A stretch of 63,128 bases of DNA, the filler included, from Octopus bimaculoides (taxonomy: Eukaryota): the NCBI RefSeq assembly GCF_001194135.2. It is 3 parts of 3 records of this genome, joined end to end, with 100 filler letters (N's around TTAATTAATTAA, not from the genome) between each part and the next. Parts side by side here need not be neighbours in the genome. Positions count along the whole stretch, not along the records: positions 1 to 27,170 come from NC_069001.1; 2 more parts are not named here. One strand, 5' to 3'. Shown here one piece after another: positions 12,629 through 22,893 of the stretch. A program made the translations under genes and the position numbers. Below the pieces are notes generated by a model. It was given only the letters and a program-made list of their open reading frames with translations, did no database searches and was not told the DNA's origin. Every line of letters begins with the position of its first letter. Positions within the stretch are counted from its first letter, which is position 1.

Positions 12629-12792
12629 CTTAGATGAGTTCTTATTTGGACGGTTTGCATCAATTTCAACAGAGTTTTGTGGTGAACAATTGCTGAGATT
12701 GTGGTGTGGGGAATAAATTGCCACATTTGGACTATCACCACAAGACCAGGACACATAACTGGACTCTGCTGTTGTACATTTGTTAAGAGAAC
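12629..12792 (-). CDS. RC3H1: Roquin exon (SWSC motif)
   Basis: (G)SLNKCTTAESSYVSWSCGDSPNV...NKNSSK, resembling the vertebrate PWSCDTIGS motif; acceptor tttctttgtcag, donor gtaaat; phase 1 to 0. Confidence 0.85.
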
Positions 12793-12909
12793 CTGACAAA
12801 GAAATATTACAACACTTCTGTTGAAGTAAACAATATGCAACAAACAAACAAACTTCTAAAACATTAAAAACCGTAACCTCATTAAATACTGGTGTATGAC
12901 AGTAGTTAA

Positions 12910-13093
12910 CCCTTTAGCATTCACATTGTTTTGGATTAATCATGCATTATCTTGTAGCTTTGAGATTTTGATAAGGTAACTTAATTTTTAGAATGATATT
13001 GTAGGTTTGGCGTGAGAGGCTAGACCTGATCAGCTTGAGCATAAAACAGGTAGAATATTTTGGCCGGATATGGCTGGTTGAAATGCTAAAGGG
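12910..13093. mobile_element. piggyBac-type MITE (other copies ~2503-2646 and 24123-24342)
   Basis: TTAA|CCCTTTAGCATT...AATGCTAAAGGG|TTA(A/T); internal sequence shared among the three copies. Confidence 0.8.
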
Positions 13094-14172
13094 TTATCTT
13101 TTATCTTTTACTTGTTTCAGTCATTAGACTGTGGCCATGCTGGGGCACCGCCTTCAACCTTCAGTTAAATGAATCAACTCCAGTACTTGATTTTTCATTA
13201 AGCCTGGTACTTTCATTAGGCCTGGTTAAAATGAGAAATTTAAGGCAAAACAAGAGACAGGAAAACCCACTAATAAGACTCAAGTAATCATCATCCTGCT
13301 TATCATTTTAACGTTCACTTTTCCATGAGTTGGATGGATGGAATTTATTAAGGCAGGCTTTCTATAGCTGGATGCCCTTCCTGTTGCCAACCCTCACCTG
13401 TTTCCAAGTAACAATATTTCTTCATGGATGGACATGCCTTCATGGAAGATTAGAAACAAAGAATGTCACTTGTATGACGGTGAGGCTTGTTTACAACTAT
13501 CATGTGATGTTAAGACAAACAGACACAAACATATACATCTACATATAATGGGCTTCTTTCAGTTTCCATCTACCAAATCTACTTGCAAGGTTTTTGTTGG
13601 CACAAGAGCTACATTAGAAAAATATATGCCCAACATATCACACAGTGGGACTGAACCTGAAACTATGTGGCTGGGAAACAAACTTCTTAACTTCATGTGA
13701 CATTTATTCACAACTCTTCACAGTCTAAGTTCTGAAATACTGGTTTCAAATTTTGGCACAAGGCCAGCAATTTTGAGGGAGGGGCTAAGTTGATTAAATC
13801 AACCCCAGTATTCAACTGGTACTTATTTTATTAACCCTAAAAGGCTGAAAGGCAATATAAACCCCAGCAGCATTTGAGCTTGGAACATAAAAACAAACAA
13901 AATACTGCTAAGCATTTTGTCCAGTATGCTAACAATTCTGCCAGCTTGCTGTCTTACAGTTCTGAAAGATTACCAGTTAATTTTGCCTTTCAGGATTCTG
14001 CGGGTTGTTAAAATAAAATGCCAATCAAGTACTAGGATTGATGTAATCAACCAGCAGTTCTCTTCACTAAACTTTGCCTTGTCCCACTACAAGAAACTCA
14101 ATTATTGTGCACAAAGAAAAAGTGGAAAGAGAAAGAATGTACATATTCAGACTTAACTTACAGTAACATCAA

Positions 14173-14207
<35 letters not shown>

Positions 14208-14369
14208 GGAGCTGGTGTCATGTAAAAAGCACCCAGTACACACTGTGAAGTGGTTGGCATTAGGAAAGGCATCCAGCTATAGAAACCAAGTCAAAATAGA
14301 CTATGGAACCTGTTGTGGTCCCTGGCCTTGCCAGTTCCTGTCCAAATGATGATGATGATATTGTATAAG

Positions 14370-14692
14370 TGCAGGCATGGCTGAGTAGTTAAGAACCTTG
14401 CTTTGTCTGAAGTGGATCTAGTAGATGGAAACTGTGTGATAGCCCATCATATATGTTTGCGTGTCTTTGCATCTGTGCTTGTCCTCCACCACCACCACTT
14501 GACAACTGGTGTCGGTTTGCTTACATCCCTGTAATTTAGCAGTTTGACAAAAGAGACGGAATAAGTATCACAAAAAAAAAATATTAAAGAAAAAAGTAAA
14601 TACTGGGGTCGATTCGTTCAACTAAAAATCCTTGAAAGTGGTGCCCCAGCATGGCCTCGGTCCAATAACTGAAACAAGTAAAAAATAAAAGA
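14370..14692 (+). mobile_element. tRNA-derived SINE family (GGCTGTGTGGTAAG head). Copies: + ~8790-8940, 18700-19092, 28520-28952, 52480-52630, 55060-55270; - ~3200-3350, 13550-13700, 15205-15570, 27760-28110, 47520-47710
   Basis: Shared body CCCACTG..GGCACCTTGGGCAAGTGTCTTCTACTATAGC...GATAGAATAAGTACTAGGCTT...CCAGCATGGCC.CAGTC..ATGACTGAAACAAGT; A/B-box-like head. Confidence 0.85.
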
Positions 14693-14801
14693 CGAGTCTA
14701 TTATTAAACATTATATGAAAGAACAAGGCTAGAGTCCAGTCATACTCGATTGGGACATTACAGAGAAAAGAAGACTAGGGCCAAGTCATAAGTGAACTTA
14801 C

Positions 14802-15075
14802 CACAAGAAGTTCTGTAAGAAAGAGAGGGAGTCGTAGATGTTGACACGTAAGACTTGCTCTTCGTTAGGTTTGATGATGTAATCATTTTAGGCTCTACCC
14901 CAACATCATTAACCTCCATAGAAACATTCATTCTGTGGTTACCTTGGTAGATAGCAGGGGCATTAGTGACTGGGGTGCAAGGGGCTCCAGTAGTTGGGAT
15001 TTCAGTTGGAGACATTTCTTTCTTCTGCACAATGTTCAGTATCTCAAGACGTCTATCCAGAAGATCTTCCAGACT
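14802..15075 (-). CDS. RC3H1: Roquin exon
   Basis: SLEDLLDRRLEILNIVQKKEMSPTE...SYRTSC, reminiscent of human SLDELHRRRKEIMAQLEE; acceptor ccttttactacag, donor gtaagt; phase 0 to 1. Confidence 0.9.
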
Positions 15076-15693
15076 CTGTAGTAAAAGGTTAAAACACAGC
15101 ATAGGGGTTAAATACTTTTGTCTATAATACAGTAAATGTGCATCTCTATTCACATCATAATACAAGTAATATATTATAAAGAATACAATATATATAAATA
15201 TTCTTATTCTTTTGCTGGTTCAGTCATTTGACTGTGGCCATGCTGGAGCACAGCCTTTAGTCGAAGAAATCAACTCCAGGCCTTATTCTTTGTAAGCCTA
15301 GTACTTATTCTATCAGTTCCTTTTGCCAAACCGCTAAGTTATGAGGACATAAACACACCAACACTGGTTGTCAATTGATGGTGGGGGGACAAACAGACAC
15401 ACACACACACGACAGGCTTCTTTCAGTTTCCGCCTACCAAATCCACACTCAAGGCTTTGGCTGGCCCAAGGCTATAGTAGAAGACACTTGCCCAAGGTGC
15501 CACACAGTGGGACTAAACCCAGAACCATGTGGTTGGGAAGCAAGCTTCTTACCACAGAGCCACTCCTGGAACAATATAAAATATATACACAATACTATAT
15601 ACACAATAAATATTTACATATTATAATATATACACATATAATATATACAATATATCTACATAATACAAATATATACACGTAATGCATATTATA

Positions 15694-15792
15694 CACATAA
15701 TGCATGTAACATGCACATAATGCATGCAACATGCACATAATGCATGTAACATGCATATTATGCATGTAACATGCACATAATACAGGTAACAT
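15694..15792. repeat. 20-bp minisatellite, about 5 copies
   Basis: Unit CACATAATGCATGTAACATG. Confidence 0.85.
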
Positions 15793-15863
15793 ATACACAT
15801 AACACATCATAAACATTATAATATACACATTATATATAAATATATACATACATATATTACATC

Positions 15864-16093
15864 TAGGGTTGGCCAAAAGTCACCCGACAGTAAATCAAAA
15901 TTCCATATATACTATCTGTAATTCTTCATTGACTCGAATGGAAAAATGTGTCACTCAAGAACAACTTCAGTTTGAACAATTCTCATGATGTTTCATCTTT
16001 AGATGCTTTTATGAAATTCATTCTGTTAAACATCAACAAATCTTGGAATTAAATGGTTTTGATTTACTGTCAGGTGACTTTTGGCCAATCCTG
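15864..16093. mobile_element. Tc1/mariner-type MITE
   Basis: TIRs AGGGTTGGCCAAAAGTCACCCGACAGTAAATCAAAA / TTTTGATTTACTGTCAGGTGACTTTTGGCCAATCCTG followed by TA. Confidence 0.85.
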
Positions 16094-16219
16094 TACGTTA
16101 AAATATACACATATACGTATTATACTACATACATTATAATATACATAATGGGTATATTTTGATAACATCGAAATAGGTGTTTTTAGATATTCTCTTAATA
16201 AATGAGTACAATTTGCCAG

Positions 16220-16591
16220 GAGGTGCAATGGCCCAGTGGTTAGGGTAGCGGACTCGCGGTCATAGGATCACGACCGGGCGTTGTGAGTGTTTATTGAGCG
16301 AAAACACCTAAAGCTCCACGAGGCTCTGGCAGGGGATGGTGGCGAACCCTGCTGTACTCTCTCACCACAACTTTCTCTCACTCTTTCTTCCTGTTTCCGT
16401 TGTGCCTGTAAGTCAAAGGGCCAGCCTTGTCACACTGTGTCACGCTGAATATCCCCCGAGAACTACGTTAAGGGTACATGTGTCTGTGGAGTGCTCAGCC
16501 ACTTGCACGTTAATTTCACGAGCAGGCTGTTCCGTTGATCGGATCAACTGGAACCCTCGACGTCGTAAGCGACGGAGTGCCAACAACAACA
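16220..16591 (+). mobile_element. Young full-length tRNA-derived SINE with 12-bp target-site duplication
   Basis: tRNA-like head TGGCCCAGTGGTTAGG, (AAC)n tail, CpGs intact, TSD ACAATTTGCCAG at 16208-16219 and 16592-16603. Partial relatives at ~8940-9180, ~48320-48480 and ~60480-60750. Confidence 0.88.
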
Positions 16592-17237
16592 ACAATTTGC
16601 CAGAAAATGAATTATTGTGAAATCAACAAAAAATACTAACATTAAAATGGATATACAGATAAACCTCAACATATATATGAATGCATTGAAAGCAGTTATT
16701 GTAATTATTGCCTTACATTATAAAAATATTGGGTTATAAGATAAATTTGTTTTGTTTTTTTTCTAAGTATTTTTTATCTTTTCCAATGATATGAAAATTA
16801 CTTTATCATCAGGTTTTATGGTTTCCTTGTAACTTTAATTCTTCCTCTACAACTTTTGTTTGTCTTTGAAATCTTAACAGATTCCACATTTTTCTGGACA
16901 AATGATAATAGTGTGCCAAGTAGAAAAAAACATGAGTGAAGTTATCTAACAACCTAAGATAATTAAAACACCAAAGGCAGCAAGCTGACAGAATCATTAG
17001 AGAATGGGACAAAATGCTTAGCAGCATTTTTCATTTTTAACATTCTGTGTTCCAATTCCACCAAGGTTGACTTTACCTTTCATTCTTTCAGGGTTGATAA
17101 AATAAATAACAGTTGAGAATTGGGATCAATGGAATAGACTCCCATCTCACCAAAAATTGCAAGCCTTGTGCCAAAATTTGAAAACAAATATAATTAAAAC
17201 ACTGAAATTAATTTGGTCATATCAATAAAGAACTCAC

Positions 17238-17557
17238 CTTCGACTGAGAAATAGTATTTGAGACAGGCTGTTCCCAGCCACAATGATCAGGAAACGGACC
17301 AGACGTGGGTACTATTCTCTGTTGGACATGAGTTTCTTTGGATTTTTGATCGAAGTGATTAACTGGCTTCTTCCATGGATCTGTATAGGATGCAACTGGC
17401 ATTGAATGAATGTCAAACATGCTGATAGTAGAAGCACGATATTGCATATGAGGAATTCCTTGATCAACTCGATAGTTAAACAAATATTGTGGGTGAGGAA
17501 CTGGCATTCTTTGATGACAAGGAGGAATGCAATATGGAGTTGGTTTATAATAGTTCC
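17238..17557 (-). CDS. RC3H1: Roquin exon, Pro/Tyr-rich region
   Basis: (G)NYYKPTPYCIPPCHQRMPVPHPQYLFNY...NTISQSK; acceptor ttttttgattatcag, donor gtgagt; phase 1 to 0. Confidence 0.88.
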
Positions 17558-19114
17558 CTGATAATCAAAAAAGAATACAAGGTTATGTAAATCTTCAGAG
17601 ACAAATACTTCTTTGATACAAATCATTAGAAATCACAAACATGTATTATTTAAAAATGAACATCCTTTCATTTATCATAGAGTTACAACCTATCAACATC
17701 TTACATAAAAGATTTATATAATTTCTAATTCATTTTTTTCTTTTAGATTATTACTTTCTTATATGGAAAGCGGACTCTAGTAGACCAACAAAAGCAAAGA
17801 ACACTGCCTTTCCGCTTCAATTTCATTTTAGAAATGAGGAGAAACAATTCTTGTATGTGCTAACACTTAAAACAGAAATGCACATTTCTGAAACAGACTA
17901 AATGAATGTAAAGAAATTAGACTTAATATGTAGAAAATATATCATTAAAGAAAAGACAAGCCACACCAATCTCAAACTTTGAAAGGCTGCAATGATCAAG
18001 GCACTATTCATTCTTTCATAGTTAAACTATAAAATTAACTAAAAAGAAAAATTGCTACAAGCAGTCAAGATTAATTTGTTCAATGCGCATATGCTTTGGA
18101 CTTTCTAAAGTTTGAGGAGTACGCTTTTTAAATAAATGGAACTTGAGGACTGCATGCAGTTGTTTTTCTTTAAACCAGAGGATTGGGGCAGAATGAAATA
18201 AGTTGGTGCAACTGCTTGGATGTAGGTGATTTGGCACACTGGCTGGGCAATGAACCTGGTTTGGCAACAGTACACCTTAGCACTGAAAGTAAATACACAC
18301 ACAGAAATATACACAAAGAGAGAGGAGAAGGGAGAGAAAAAGAGACCATACAATTTATTAATTGGACATGATTGACAAACATTTTCCTTCTCTTCATAAC
18401 AGACATAAATATGCTGAGAGAGAGAGAGAGAGAGAGAAAGAGAGATGGGAGATGAGAGGGCAAGAACAAGAGACATTAAATCATATGTCAAATCAGTCAG
18501 TGTCAAATTAACAACTCCAAATAGGCAGCACCAAAATGGCTGAGCTGAGATGTCTCATTCTTACTGGGAAGGGAGCCATCCCAATAGGGTTGGTTTCCAA
18601 TGGGTGAACAATAAATCCATAATGGCAAACTAAATACATCATCATGATCCTATAACACTCCTTTTCCAAGCTGGCATGGGTTTGACATATATGCAGGCAT
18701 GGCTGAGTGGTAAGAAGTTTGCTTCTAAACTACATGGTTCCAGGTTCAGTTCCATTGCATGGCACTTTGGGCAAGTGTCTTCTACTATAGCCTTGTGCCA
18801 ACCAAAACTTTGTTGGTGGATTTGGTAGACGGAAACTGGAAGAAGCCCATTGTATATCTGCATGTGTGTGTGTCTGTGTGTGTGTCAGCACCACTTGACA
18901 ACCAGTGTTTGTGTGTTTATGTCCCCAAAACTTAGTTCAGCAAAAGAGGCTGATAGAATAAGTACTAGGCTTACAAAAACAGAAAATAAGTTCTGGGCTC
19001 AATTTGACTAAAACAATTCTTTTTTAAAAACCTTCAAGGTGGTGCCCCAGCATGGCCACAGTCAAATGACTGAAACAAGTAAAAGATAAAAGATATGGAA
19101 AAATAATGACTTAC

Positions 19115-19488
19115 CATCTAAGATATGACTAGGTGGTATTTCATAGGGCATGATGCATGGAGTGGAATTGGAAATAGAATGGCTGTGAGTGACAGGCACT
19201 GGCGACGAACTTTCATGTTTGATATGAGTATTATTGTAAGAATTAGCACTTCCTAGCTGATAAGAAACTGAAGAGACCGTGCTAGTGTTGCTGGTGAGGC
19301 CTGCTGATACTTGTGTCATATTAGGTTTACATGAAGTTATTGGGGTGGCTGTAGTGATGCTGGTGGTAGTGGCAGTCATTGTTGGATTGGTGTTGTTGCA
19401 GTTTGGAGAACATATTGTCGACAGCGAACCTGGCGGGGAACCTTCAGTGTTCACAGAATCGGAACTGCTATTAAGTTTCACAGAAATA
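19115..19488 (-). CDS. RC3H1: Roquin exon, Ser/Thr-rich low-complexity region
   Basis: (H)ISVKLNSSSDSVNTEGSPPGSL...MPYEIPPSHILD; acceptor tttctctttcag, donor gtaagt; phase 2 to 1. Confidence 0.9.
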
Positions 19489-21208
19489 CTGAAAGAGAAA
19501 AACAATTGTCTTAATTACCAAATTTGGTGACATATGTTTTAGTTTGGTCATCCTCCCAGTGATATAAAACATGCATGGGCATATTAGATGCACACCAATT
19601 TCAGCAGAGCATAAAAAGATTTTAGTGTATCAAATTATGTAAAATCAGCCCAATTTTGCAAATAGGACCCAAGGTAACTTTTTGAGACCTTATTTGGAAA
19701 AAAAAGTGTACCTTATATGCCATCAAAAATAAACTATTTTTTCCACTGCTTTCTCATGACTGTTGCTATCCAATTCCATTATTATGAATTTGAATTGAGA
19801 ACTCGAGACATAGTGAACTGTTCATTCACTGATTATAAATCCATAAACACTGCCCCTATGGATGCATTGCAGTTACTTTATTGATAGAGACTGGTGATCT
19901 TCTGGGATTCCTCTGCTCAGCATCAGTGTAAGAAGCAACATTGGCTCAGATGAGCTCTTCTACTACCTCTTCACTACCCCATGCTGCAGTCCCATGTCTT
20001 TGCCATATCCCTGGCAGGGTGGCTGAAGGGGGCTATTCTTTGCCAAAGAGCAGCCTGTAACCATGCAGGGAATGGACATCAATGTGAAGCATTTTCAAAT
20101 TACCCATGGTAAATACAATAACAAATCTACAAATTATACAAGTAATTGTTCAAATTCTGCCAGGGCCAACTTTGCTTTTCATCTTTTTGGGGTCAATAAA
20201 ATAAGTACTAGTCATGTACTGAGATCAATGTAATAGACTTGACCCCATCTCTCAAAATTGCTGGCTTTGTGCCAAAATTAGAAACAATTATATGAGGAAC
20301 AAAGCAGGGAAAAAAGTTGATTAGCAACATTAGCTCTATTCAAGAACCTTAATTAGGAAATGAAATATATATTCCATTCACTGCCTACTCTTATAAAAGA
20401 GTTTTATAATAGCTAATACCCAACAGATTGCTTTTTCAATTTTAAAGGCTGTGATTAATGAATTTTCTATAAACTTCATTCATTTACCTTCTTGTGATCT
20501 TCTTCCAACTAGCTACATATCTTATTTTATACATTACCAACTGAACTATTTATTCTACAAGCCAAGGGAATCCTTTACATGATCATTAACCAGCTAGAAA
20601 TAGCAACTAAATCTCTCATATTATACATTTTAAAAATAAAAATGGAGGTGGATTCATTATATAATGGCATCATTGATGCATTCTAATATCAGTTACAACC
20701 AGAGGTTGAGGCCATGCTGGGGCACCAACATTAGGCATACTAAGTTTGGAAAATCCTGTCCATCAATCATAGCTATGTTTAGCTCAAAACTGACCATAAC
20801 TTTTGAAGTTATGTTTTATTTTAATGTCTCAGTGTGGGGGAAGGGGCTCTGCCCACAACCTTCACAGACCATTCAATTCATGGTGCAGGAAAAAATATGG
20901 ACAGAATGGGATTCTTAAGGAGTGATGGTCTGTGGTTGAAGGAATGAAAGAGTGGGATACAATATGGATGAAAAGGGGATGAATGAACATAGTGACTCTA
21001 AACTCAAAAAATACCAATTTTATTAACCCCAGAAGAAAGATGAACAGCAAAGTTGAAAAATGGCTGGATTTGACCTGACCCCACCCCATAAAAATGCAAA
21101 TAAATACTGGAAGTCATTCTTCCCAATTAATACTCCTTACATCTACAGCAAATCGTTATCAATAATGATCAATAATATTAGACACGTTAACAAATGAGAG
21201 ATACTCAC

Positions 21209-21376
21209 TGTTTAATACCCATTGGGTTGAAAGTATCTTGCCGTGCAGATTTTGCAATCATCCTCTCACGGGTGGACTTGGTCACTTGATCCAACTCAGC
21301 TTTTTCTTTCGGTGTAAGACCCGCAACCGAAGATGTACCTGTCTTACCACCAAACTTCTTATTTCGAGCACGGTAC
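21209..21376 (-). CDS. RC3H1: Roquin exon following the zinc finger
   Basis: (K)YRARNKKFGGKTGTSSVAGLTPKEKAELDQVTKSTRERMIAKSARQDTFNPMGIK; acceptor tttctgttag, donor gtgagt; phase 2 to 2, in frame with the zinc-finger exon. Confidence 0.92.
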
Positions 21377-21726
21377 CTAACAGAAACAAAACAACTTTTA
21401 TACATGTATTCTAGTCCCATCCATGCCTACATGGAAGGTGGATGTTAAACGATGATAATGATATACAAGTGTAAGCATGTATGTACACAAATACAGACAT
21501 ACATTCTAAAGTGGTTGGTATTAGGAAGGGCATCATGCTGGAGAAATCATACCGAAACAGACACCGGAGCAAAATTCAGAATATTGAGCTATTGAGCACA
21601 TAGACATGACTGAGTCAGTAGAGCATGAAACAAAATACTTTGCTGTATTTGCTTACATGCTTTATATTCTGAATTGAACTCGCACATTCAGATCAAACTC
21701 TATCCTGCCATCTTGCCACATCAATA

Positions 21727-21767
<41 letters not shown>

Positions 21768-22395
21768 NNNNNNNNNNNNNNNNNNNNNNNNNNNNNNNNN
21801 NNNNNNNNNNNNNNNNNNNNNNNNNNNNNNNNNNNNNNNNNNNNNNNNNNNNNNNNNNNNNNNNNNNNNNNNNNNNNNNNNNNNNNNNNNNNNNNNNNNN
21901 NNNNNNNNNNNNNNNNNNNNNNNNNNNNNNNNNNNNNNNNNNNNNNNNNNNNNNNNNNNNNNNNNNNNNNNNNNNNNNNNNNNNNNNNNNNNNNNNNNNN
22001 NNNNNNNNNNNNNNNNNNNNNNNNNNNNNNNNNNNNNNNNNNNNNNNNNNNNNNNNNNNNNNNNNNNNNNNNNNNNNNNNNNNNNNNNNNNNNNNNNNNN
22101 NNNNNNNNNNNNNNNNNNNNNNNNNNNNNNNNNNNNNNNNNNNNNNNNNNNNNNNNNNNNNNNNNNNNNNNNNNNNNNNNNNNNNNNNNNNNNNNNNNNN
22201 NNNNNNNNNNNNNNNNNNNNNNNNNNNNNNNNNNNNNNNNNNNNNNNNNNNNNNNNNNNNNNNNNNNNNNNNNNNNNNNNNNNNNNNNNNNNNNNNNNNN
22301 NNNNNNNNNNNNNNNNNNNNNNNNNNNNNNNNNNNNNNNNNNNNNNNNNNNNNAGAGAGAGAGACACACACACACAGAAACAGACAGACAGATAG

Positions 22396-22515
22396 CTCCG
22401 GCCAGTCATGGTATTAGCTGTCAGTAGCCAAAGAATCAACTCAAACCAGCAGTAACGTTCCTTGTCAGATTTTTCTACTTTCACTTCTGACAGCTAATAC
22501 CATGACTGGCCGGAG
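22396..22515. mobile_element. 120-bp MITE with perfect 29-bp TIR (partial copies 31316-31422 inverted, 31694-31750)
   Basis: CTCCGGCCAGTCATGGTATTAGCTGTCAG at 22396-22424 and its exact reverse complement at 22487-22515. Confidence 0.85.
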
Positions 22516-22664
22516 ATACTATTTTAAATACAAGAGAATGATAAATAAGCATGTTACACCTGTGAAGCCAATGCCTGAGAATAGCCACACTATATGGTCT
22601 GATGACTTACAAGATTGATAAGATTGATAATAAATATATTCTTGAAGTACTTAATACAACTCAC

Positions 22665-22893
22665 TTTTCCATTTCATCCTGGGAATGAGCAAAAGTACAA
22701 TTAGCAGCCCGAGGACAACTTCCCTTCTGAGTGAGATCCCGGCACATGTTTGTCTTATATTTGGTGTTGTGCAGATTAGCTGGCTCATGTTTTTTGTGGC
22801 TATAGTGCTGGATGAAGTCCACAAGTCCTTCTACCACAGTTTGTACAGCTTTCATTACAGCTTCCAGATTCTCCCAGGTAGGAATCGGAGCAT
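22665..22893 (-). CDS. RC3H1: Roquin exon: end of HEPN-C plus CCCH zinc finger (first visible coding exon)
   Basis: Translates (D)[75 protein letters not shown]. This matches from memory the human Roquin-1 segment DAPPPTWEQLE...VRTVVHGLVDYIQNH...[33 protein letters not shown]. Acceptor ttttaaaag, donor gtgagt; phase 1 to 2. Confidence 0.96.

Noticed and set aside
16220-16290. tRNA-like sequences (also ~28520, ~33970, ~60425)
   Set aside because: They are SINE heads without a complete cloverleaf; not called as tRNA genes.
16809-17027. 72-aa ORF with a Glu/Lys-rich end
   Set aside because: No usable GT donor, and it is not needed for Roquin frame continuity.
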